A stretch of 64,000 bases of DNA, from assembly GCA_039621445.1 (NCBI GenBank), contig CP154954.1, forward strand, positions 7,690,634 through 7,754,633. The letters run 5' to 3'. The notes under the pieces are model-generated. The model had not been told where the DNA came from and searched no databases. It was given only the letters and a program-made list of their open reading frames with translations. Positions 1-33,897 of the stretch are shown here, in pieces. Origin of the DNA: Euglena gracilis. Its lineage: Eukaryota. Both the position numbers and the translations under genes were made by a program. How positions within the stretch are numbered: the stretch's first letter is position 1; every line of letters starts with the position of its first letter.

Positions 1-455
1 GTTTGCAGTGCGTTCAACCGAAGTTTCGCAAACAGGGCGTCACATATCGACCCCGGAAGGGAGGTCCAGGTCGAAGGTTGGAAATCTGGGCAGGCTGAAA
101 AAAGGCCACTGGTTGAACCCACAGCTGGAACGAGGTCGGACTCGCGTTGAACCGGACACCAAAAGAAAAAGAAGGGAAGTCTGGGGTGGCAAAAAGCCAC
201 TGGCTTGCTGGACCAAAACCTCAACCCCTGGAGGATGGGGTCCACTTCAACGACGTCCTGCTGGCATATCTCCATTCGGTTTTCTGGCACACGAACCCCG
301 CAAACTTTCGCTCGGTGTGGTGATTACTTGCATGCAATGCACCAGTCCGCAGCAAATTCAAACGTTAGTTTCTGCAAGAAAAAAAGGGACACCTGGGGGA
401 AAAAAGGGAACCGGAAAAAAAACTGATGAATCACAAACCGCACGGAAAACCACAC

Positions 456-23923
<23,468 letters not shown>

Positions 23924-23935
23924 GGCGTGGCACGG

Positions 23936-23965
23936 CTGGTGGGGGGGGGGCACAGCAGGGGAGGG
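23936..23965 (-). promoter_or_regulatory. Putative spliced-leader trans-splicing acceptor of GCN1
   Basis: C-rich pyrimidine tract ending in CAG, 12 nt upstream of ATG 23923, with no upstream coding exon. Euglenid mRNAs are SL trans-spliced (established); this site is inferred. Confidence 0.55.
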
Positions 23966-25151
23966 CGGTCATGTGTGGTGCGCGGCGACGTTGCAACACG
24001 TTCCGCAGTTTTACCGCCCTGAAAAGTGTTCCGAGTGAAACCACAACAAGACCTCCCTTCCACCCAGGAAAGTATCACCTGACAAGCAAGCCAGCCTAGG
24101 TGGTAACTTCAAACTCCCAACAACATGACAAGTCGGCTGGTCCGGACCCCTGGCCAGGCGGGAACCTCACGGGAGGGGAGGGGCAACTTCTGGGGAGAAA
24201 CAGGAAGCCGTTCCTAGCACATAGCAGTCTGACAGACAGTTCACACTGGACGATTCACTAGACCTTCACCAATTATGGGACTGACCAGTGATGGGACTGC
24301 CTGCGTGCGCCACCTGTGGAACCTCAGGGAATCTGGGATCTGGAGAAAAATGTGGGAGAAAGGTCAAGGAGCTGGAGGAACATGAGTCCCATTTTTCAGG
24401 AATCCAACATTCATGCTGAATTCTGAAAGCTTTAAAAGTAAAAAAATATATACTTTTTTTCACCGGCCAGACAATTTTCATTCGATGCCTGGATGGCCCG
24501 CCTTTGGAAAATAGAACCTTAAAAAATCTTCAAATGCCTCAAAATACTTTTTAAAAAATACCTTTTAAAATGCCTTGATTTTATTGAAAATTTTCGGCTT
24601 AAAAAAGACTGCCTGCCACCGGAAAAATAGCCAAAATTGACAGCCTCCAAGGCGACAAATTCCCAAGGTAGGCAACACCACCACAGGGGTTCACAGGACA
24701 GGGGAACACTCAATTACAAAATTAGGAATCCCGTGGGGGGGGGGAGCAACTACAAATCAGCCATTCTGGCAAAATTGCCAGCTATGTTTGTGTATGGGTC
24801 TTTGGGATGGGGTTCTAGGGATTTGATTGGTTCAATGCCAAAAGGGATGCCAGGGGGTGTTTTCACGAAGCTATCCTTCACCTCTGCAGCCTCTGGCCTT
24901 TGAAAACGTTCACTCGGGAATAGTTTTATCAAATCGTCATAAATAGTTTTGTAACAATTATATGTGAGTGTCTGTGAGGCTTCATTTTCAAAAGCCCTGA
25001 GGGAGGGGAGCGCCTCAACCCCGGGTGTGCCTGAAACGCTTGGTGGGGGTGGTTTTGGGTCCCAAATGGACCTCTGAGCACAGTTGAGAAAACAGCATGT
25101 GAAGGAAGGCGCCCGCACAGACACACACCTGGAGAGACAGACAGCAGACAG

Positions 25152-25158
25152 ACAGGCA

Positions 25159-25247
<89 letters not shown>
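25152..25247. repeat. (GGCA)n microsatellite
   Basis: Directly visible. Confidence 0.95.
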
Positions 25248-25249
<2 letters not shown>

Positions 25250-25537
25250 ATACATGCAAACACACAGTCAGACACATGTGGACACACAAGAGCGAATTTC
25301 AGACCCAATGGGGGGGGGGCAACACCAGGTGCTATGCCAATTCAAGGATCTCAACCCACCAAAAAAGGGAAGGGTCCGGCGTTGTGCAAGCAAGTGCAGA
25401 GGAATGATTCAGTGTGAAGGGCCGGATGCGGTCAGTCCTGGCCTGGCTGAGACCGGAGCAGTGACAAACCCGTTCAATAGGGACGAAAGAAAGAAAGGAG
25501 TGAGTGGAGAGGGGGGGGGGGGGGGGGCGGGCGGGAG

Positions 25538-25908
25538 CATAGATTCACTTAGTGACTCCCGGGGAGGGGGTGGGCATTTTCCCCCAGGCGGAAACCCACC
25601 CGCCCGCCCTTTGAAAACCCCAGCAACCCACAACCCTCCCCCCCCCAGGGGGGTTCACCCACCCACTCACCCATCAAAAATTCACCCAAAATCATTCAAA
25701 ATCGGCCAAGAAACCGTTTAAAATTCTCCTGGCCAACCTCGAAAGTGCCCTACCCCCCTGCGTGCCCCACCCCCCCCCCCCCGGAGGTGCCCCCGACCTT
25801 CCTAAGAAAAAGCCTGGCCCAAACCCACCCACCCACTCTCAAAAAAACCGCCCCCCCAACCCGGGGGGGGGGGGGGGGCGTGGTTACACTAGGGTTAAGT
25901 AAAATATG
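25538..25908. mobile_element. MITE (CAT..ATG-ended family) just downstream of the zinc-knuckle gene stop
   Basis: Ends CATAGATTCACTTAG / CATATTTTACTTAAC. Perfect TSD GGCGGGAG at 25530-25537 and 25909-25916. Related ends near 13465, 18568, 28548 and 29746. Confidence 0.8.
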
Positions 25909-25971
25909 GGCGGGAGGGAGGCAGTGACATGTGTGGTCACGCAGCACAGCGGGCCAGGATGGGGGGGAGGG

Positions 25972-26181
25972 TCAGCGCTTCTTCCGCTTCTTCTTCTCCT
26001 TGGACTTCTTGGCCTTCTTCTTCTCCTTGCGGCGCTTCTTCTTCGCCCGCCGCTTGCGGTCGCCACTGCTGGAGGAGCTGCTGGACTCGGTCCATTCGCC
26101 ACTGCAGGGCACGCGCGTGCACACACACATACACACACGCGCGCGCGCGCACGCACGCACACACACGCACGCGCGCGCGCG

Positions 26182-26260
<79 letters not shown>

Positions 26261-29200
26261 CTCGTTGCTGCTTTTCAGTTAGGGGGGGGGGGGTGTCCGG
26301 GGGTCCCCCAATTGGGGGGGGGGGGGGAGCACATTGGAAGTCAGGTTTTAATGAGTTTCTGAGAGGTTTATATATTATATTTATTTTGTTTCAGAAAACC
26401 CAAAAAAGCCAAAAAAAACGAGCATTATTGGCAGGCTTTGCCCTACCCCCTGCCCAAAGCACCCACCCCCGCAGGGGGTGTGAATTCCCTTAAAAGAAGC
26501 CTGTTGAGGGTCCAAAAAAAACTTTCACTTCGTTCAGGTCAGCGGGAGAATTCTCCATGATAGCGATTATTGTCACACCCCCATTGTCTTCGACACCCAG
26601 AATTGTGCATCACCCATCCCAACCCCGACAAGCTCCCACAACAGTCGAACGTACCTTCCCCACCCGGCCTACCCATAACAACCGTGCGACCATCATTAAA
26701 AAAAAAAAGCACCCACCTTCTGCTAGCTAGTGCTGCTCAGCAGACCCCCCCTCCTGTGGGGGGGGGGGGTCCACTGGATTCTCCACTGGCCATTGTTTGC
26801 ACTAGCTGCAGTCAAGCCCCCCCCCCCCCCTGGAGGTTCAGCAACCCTTATTGAGAAACCTGCCCACCATAGAGACCATATATAGAGTTTCCAGAAGTCG
26901 CATTCAACCCTGCGAGGGGGGCCAACCGGGTGGGGCCAAGCTGCCTTCAACAGCCCAGGGGCCAACGGGGGGGGGAGGGTCAGCAGTGGCCTGCTTAGAT
27001 GCAGAGCTGGAGCTGGAACCGGAGCTGCGGCGGCGCTTCTTGGCCTTGTCCGCCTTCTTGCGGCGCGCTGCGCCGCTGTCAGGGCCGGGGGGGGTGGGCG
27101 GTGGCTGTGCGCCGAGTGCGTGGACCCCAGGTGGTCATCCTTGCATCGCCCAATTCCATGTAGGGAAGGCGTGGTGGGGGGGGGGGGGGCGACGCTTCAA
27201 GCAGCCACCCATAGAGTTTCCGGGACAGGCCATTGCTTAAGGACCCCCCCCCACGGGGGGGTTGTTCCACTGGCCAGCCAATTTGCTGGACACTGGAAAA
27301 AAGCCACTGCTAAACCCCCTGCCTCGGGGGGGGGGGGGGTCTGGGTCCCCTCCAACTGGAAGAAAATTTCCTTGGCGTGCGCGTCGAGGTGAAAATGAGG
27401 TATTGGATGCATTTTTTGAGCGGTTTTGTTCCAAAATGGCCAAAAATGGGCATTTCTGGCAAGTTTGGGGGTCCAGAAAAAAAATTCCCACTAACTGGCC
27501 CTGCTGACAGACCCCCCGCCGCTAGGATTTCCGCTGGCCAGATTTGGACTAGCTTCAGTCCAGCCCCCCGGGTACTGCGAACCCTGAGCAGTGGCCTGTT
27601 CTGAGATGATGGCTTGGCCTTGGCAACAAGAGTGGCGGGGGACATCGCACTGTTGCACGTCGGCACAAGGCACTACGTTTGTGGTCAAATTTCCCTAGGA
27701 TTCCAGAGTGTCCGACCCCCCTCCAGGGGGTGACTAATTGGCTTTCGGGGGGGAGTGACTGACTGGTTTCTGGAGGAGTGGAAAGGTGGTCGGTTAAGAA
27801 AAAAACGGTACACCCCGAATCAAAGCACACCTTCAGCTGGAATGCGCACAACATATGAACAAGGCTGTGTATATTTTGGTGGGCAGGGGCAGCTACAAAG
27901 AAAATCCCTTGCCTGCAAAGAAGCCTGGGTCCATCCAGAATATGCAACTGCAAATCCAATGGGTTGCCGAGTTTTAGGCATTGAAGCAAAAAAAATGCAA
28001 TAAAGGACGGCCAATAATCCTAAATACACAACAATCTGGCTTTCCATTGAAAATATTTACCAGGTTTACAAATGAAAATTTAAAGCTCAATGATGGATGA
28101 GAAGGCATCAACCTTTGAACCGCAAAAACACGCAAAAAAAAAAAAGCAAAAAAATCTGCAGAAGCACCAGACTACAAAAAAGAACAACCCAATTGGGCAT
28201 TGGGTTCTTCCCTCAGGAAACAGAATTTTCGGCAGCTGACTCAAATCGCGCATGATTGACACCACTGGACATTGCAGGTTGCAACCTGCAGGTCACCGGC
28301 ACTATTTTTGTTCTGCAATGATCTTGGACCAAATGCGATGGATTTATCTCCTGTCCATTGACAAGACTTAAAAAAAAAGGCAAAACTTTTCAGCACCTTT
28401 GGTGCCGGGTCACTTTAGTGGCATTTTCCTGATCCCCCCCCCACCCGGGAGGTAGGGGGTCTGGACCAATAACCAGTCAGTCACTCTGAAAAATCACTCA
28501 TCCACCCTCCCCGGGGGGAGAAGTCGGCCAGTGACTAAGTGATTGTATGTTCTGGGGTTGAGAACGCCTCTGCTCGCTCTCACTGCTCCCATCATCTGAG
28601 CTGCTGCTGCTGCTCCGTCGTCAGCCTCAGAAAGGTGGGTTCTAGTGGGGCAAGGCGAGGCTTTTCAGCCTTTCACAGGTGCACCGGTGGATCGACTTTT
28701 ACCCGTACTTTCTGGTGCTTTTTTTTTCAGATAGTGAAAAATGTACACTAAAATACAAAAAAAATATCTGATGTGTGGTGCAAAATCTTGGTTCGATAAT
28801 CTGGATCTATTAAATGTCCAAGATACAAATGTGGGTGTGGGTGTGTGGGTGTGGGTGTGTGTGTGCATGTGAGCGGGCGTGCGTGCGTGCGTGCGTGCAT
28901 GTGTGCGTGCATGCATGCGTGCGTGCGTGCGTGCATGTGTGTGTGTGTGTGTGCGCGCGCGTGTATGTGCAAATGTGTGTGTGCGTGCGCGCATGCGTGC
29001 GTGCGTGCGCGCGCGTGCGCGTGTGTGTGTAGTGTATACTCAAAGCCAGGCCTATTGCAGTTGACATGGATACTCTTCTGCAAATTGTCACCAAAGGGTT
29101 GGTGACAATTGGTGACAGACCAAGATGGCAAGTTCAGGGTCTGAGAGAACCTCTCGTGTGATAGAAAACCTTCACCCCCTTGGCTTGATAATTTGACACC

Positions 29201-32200
29201 AAAAAAAAATTCAAACCCACATTTTTCGCAGTTGCCATTTCTTTAAACTTCAGTTCATACAAAAGTTGAACTTCATTGTAGTGTTTTTATTGAGGCAATA
29301 ATGAACATTCCCATGAGAAATATCAAAATATATCAAAATATAAGACATAATAACATAAAACACTAAATATCTATACTAAAACTAATAAAATACTAAATAT
29401 CAAAATATACAAGACATCTGCAACCCTCATCCTTGCCGCCAGTGGAGCCTCGGGCGTCCCGGGGCGCCTCAGGGGCCCAATGCGTCTGGGGCGTCTGAGG
29501 CAGCAGACCGGGCCCCGGTCCCCACCCCACCGCCCTGGCCGCTTCAGGGGCTCCGGGATGAACACCACCTCCGTGCCGTCCGCGTCGTCGGGGACCGCCG
29601 CCCGGGGCGGCGGGGGCGAGGGCGGGCGGCAGGGGCACGGCTGCATGTTGGCCAGGGGGGGGCTGGTTAAAAAAAAAACTATTCCGCCGCTTATCCTGAC
29701 CCGTTGTACGAGAAGGCCTAGTGGGGTGGGGGTCGACTCCCACACCATAGATTCACTTACTGACCCGGGGGGGGGGGCTTTTCCCGGGCCTTGGAGGGAT
29801 GGGGTCCCCCACCCCCAACGAGGCCTTCCCAAATTTCTGGGGGTGCCGACTTTTAGGTCAACGTTTTCCTTGTGTGGTGCTGTGCTGGGTGTGTGGCATA
29901 GATTCATAGAAAGATGGATGGACAGGCTACCAAATGGGACTTTGCAAGGGGCGATTCCTTCGGCGCCACCGTAAAACTGGGAAGCAGTGGGTGACCCCCC
30001 CCAACCCCACCACCAGATGGGACCCCCCTCCACCGCCACCCACCGGAAATCCAAACGTGCGATTCCGCCTCCTCCCTCCCGCTATGGGGGCGGGGAGGCC
30101 ACCCCGTCCTCCTCCTCCTCGGCCTCTCTCTCCACACAGGCAGCCCTGGGCGGGGGGCGTAGTACTGCTCGTCGCGCTGGAACTGGGCCCCCCCGCGGCC
30201 TCGGAGCCCGTCGAGGGCGGGCCCCTGCCAAGCCGGCGTTCCGCGGCGTTGGCCCACTGTTTCGTGGCGGAGGTTGACCCTCCGGGGCAGAGGGCAAACA
30301 CACCCGGCAATGAGGGGGAGGATGGCGTTTGGACGGTGCTGGCACGGCGCGGTACCCCGCATCTGGTTTCTCGAAACTCTTGCAGCGGCTCCGCAGCACT
30401 CCAGCCGCTGTCCCTTGACAGCATTGTTTCCATTAAAAGTGGTCCGCACCCACCCACCCACCCACCCACCACCCCTGGGGGTACCCGGGGGAGGGCTTGG
30501 AGGGACCCACTTTTGGGGGTCAATTTTGGGGTCAAAAAGTTTTTGCGCTTCGAAACCCCCCCCTCCAGCGGGCTACCACTCGGCCAGAACTCCACCAGGG
30601 GGGGGGGAGAAACTGCGCATGGGCCAGTCAAAAACTGCACTGCAAAAAACTGCAAAAAAAACCTGCAAAAAAAAAAACTGCAAAAACTGCAAAAAACTGC
30701 ACTTCAACAAAAAAAAGACAATAAACAAGCTGAAATGGTGTGCATATGCAAAACAACGTAAATTGTGACCACATGAGCACGCCCCAATTGATCTAACTTT
30801 TTTGCACAGCTTTGGAGCTGATGAAGACAAAAATGGAAGCAGTCCATCAAGGTACACTGTATACGGTATTTCATACACTGAAATGCAAGTCATGTGTTTG
30901 GATGCCGGGTCACACCGACCATCATGCCCACAATGATGCCAAATGGTTTCCTCTCTAAATATGGAAAAACTGCACATAAACCCATACACAGAAATATTCG
31001 ATGCTTTCAATTCTTGCAGGGGATGTTCAATTTGGAACTTTCGGTCCATTGAGTGGTGTGACATGGGATGAGCATTGGAATGGCATGGCAATGCAAAGAA
31101 AACATCATCGCAACATGCTTTATCGGGTTCTTTTAATCAGAGGAGAGGTCAGACGATGAAGATAAGAAGGAGGAGGAGGACGGGGAAGTGGAGGTTACTG
31201 TTGAACGAAATGTACTCGCAAGCAACCTTCATCTGACACATCGACGTTGAGTCTGCCTTTTCCTTTAGACATACCCTTCGCACGTCGCTTTGTGCCTTTG
31301 TCGGCTCGCTTGAGCCTGAAGCATGCACGCCGAGCACTGAACTGTTGCGCTGCTCAACAACGTCAGAACTCCAACGTAACCGACGATCTGCCAAAATCAT
31401 CCTCAGCCGACTGAATGCAGACTCAACAACTGCATCAGACGGGGTCAGAGCAAGGTCATGCGCAAAAAAATATGCATCAGGTATTGGGGTGGAACGAAGA
31501 CGTCGGTTACCTGTTGTAATTTGCGCACTCCTTTGACGACTGCCCTCACAACCTTCAACATTGTTCAAACCTCCTACAATGCAAAGGTTGGAGAGGGAGC
31601 AATTTTGGTTGGGGAGTAATTGTGGCCTTGTCGCCAAAACAACAAGCACCAAAAAATAAACATCTTAGGTTTCCTCAAAACTGGAACAAAAAAAAGTTGC
31701 AAAAAAACTGCAAAAAACTGCAAAAAACCCAAAACGTGAAAACTGCAAAAAAAAAACTGGAAAAAATGTATAGTACATATTTTCCACCTCCCTGACTCCA
31801 CCCCCCCTGGGGGCGGACCCACCCACGCCCCCATCCCCCCCCCTGCCTTGACGTCTCAATCGTGTCCATGTGTCGGCATAATCTGCGCAGTGTTCTGCAA
31901 AGGAAACGAAGCAAAAGTTTTTAAATAAATTCACAGATCGTTGCTGCTCGCGGTGCTGGCAGCCACCCAATCGGGGGGTTTGGCCTTCTCCTCAACATCA
32001 CTGTCAAGAACACAGGCCCCCCTCCAGCGACCATGTTGGACGTAGGTGGTCAGGCCGACCGCCGCAGGCATTATGACATTTTAAGCCACCTTAAAAACCC
32101 TTAAAATGCCCCAAAATGCCTTCAAATACCTTAAAAAATTCGGACCAGCAGAATTTACTCCGAAAGAGCAAAAAACAAAACGCCAAAGTTCCAGCCAACA

Positions 32201-33822
32201 AAAAACAGCCCAACTCGGGGAAGAAAAATGATTTTCGGCATCAATAGAACATTATCTATCCAAACTAAACTCAAAATTCCCAGCCGTCCCAGCCGTCCAG
32301 GGGGGCACCGACCTGTTAAAACCCTTCTGCGTCGGTGACACCGTGGGACCAGGGCGTTTTTTTAACAACCCCCCCCCCTTAGTTGCACTAAGGCTTCTTG
32401 TCTGTTTATGGCCGGCGCTAACTTCAACCCCCCCCCCCGGGGGGGGGGGTCAGCTCAGAGGCTGGAAAATTTGCGCTAGCTGGAATAAGGCTGCTGGCTG
32501 ACCTCCCTCCCCCCCCGGGCTGGAGCTGGACCCGACCTGGGGCCGAACTGGGTCCCAAAAAATCGAGAGTGCAAAAACGTTCAAAAAAACTGCCACTTAT
32601 GCAAAAAAAAATCAATTTTTTGACCCCAAATATTTCCTGGCCAGGCCAAATCTGACCCATTTTCGCCCCATTTTTGGACCATTTTTGTACCCCCAAAAAC
32701 GAAAACCCGTTACTGTCCAGCTGCCCAAAGGGCGGCTGGAAAGATAAAATAATGTCATTGAGGGGGGGGGGGCGGGCGGAAAAAGGCCTGCTGCGAGCCA
32801 GACCCCGCCCCGGGGGGGGGGGGGTCAAATTTTCTTAAGCTACACGCTGCGTGGGACGTGCGGCGGAAAGGGGGGGCCTGGGCCGCGTCGGGGGCCTTCT
32901 CCTCCTCGCTCGAGACGCTGCTGGTGCTGCTGGGCATCTCCCACCGCTCCGGCATCGCCTTCCCCGACGACTCCGCAGCCCGGTCCGGCCCCGACGGCCG
33001 CATGTGGTTGGGGGGAGGCCGCCGCCGGGGACCACCCGGGCGGTACGGGAAGGCCGGGTGGGGGTGGGACGGTCGACCCCTCGATGGCGCCGGGCACGGA
33101 ATCCGCATTTGTGGCCTAGAAACCCCGGGTCACAGGAAGGGGTGGTGGGGGACTGGTCCTGCCCACCCATCCACCCACCCACCAGGATGGGGGGGGGGGG
33201 GTCGACCCACCCGCCACGCATTGGGTTTTCCCAGCCGGGACCCATAGCCCCAAAGTGGCGGCTGAAACGGCCTGGGGTGGGAAGAAGTCACAGCGTCTTG
33301 CCTTCTCTGCGGGGCGAGGCGCCATGAAGAACTGAGCTTAAATAACCTGCAAGCATCACAGGTGGAGACCTGTGATTTCATAATTGTGCGTGAATGAGTA
33401 TAAGTAACGTATGAAATCATTATGAATTTTTTTTTAATTTATATTTTGAAAAAAAATTGAAAATGATAAATTGAGTGAGTAATAATGAAATATGTAATAA
33501 TAATATAATAGTAAAAACAATATATACAATAATAATAACAAGAACAAGAACAACACCAACAATAATAATTGCAATTGTAATTGTTATTGTAATTGAAATT
33601 GTGATCGTATTGCGATCGCGATCGTGATCGTGATCATGATCGTAATCATAATCATAATCATTATCATAATTGTAATCATAATCAGAATCAGAATCAGAAT
33701 CAGAATCAGAATCAGAATCAGAATCAGAATCAGAATCAGAATCAGAATCAGAATCAGAATCAGAATCAGAATCAGAATCAGAATCAGAATCAGAATCAGA
33801 ATCATAACAACAGCAACAACGA

Positions 33823-33853
<31 letters not shown>

Positions 33854-33865
33854 AAGAAGAAGAAG

Positions 33866-33897
<32 letters not shown>

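Noticed and set aside
30102-31185. 18-nt inverted match between the AGGAGGAGGAGGACGGGG tracts near 30110 and 31175
   Set aside because: Low complexity, no TSD, and likely chance.
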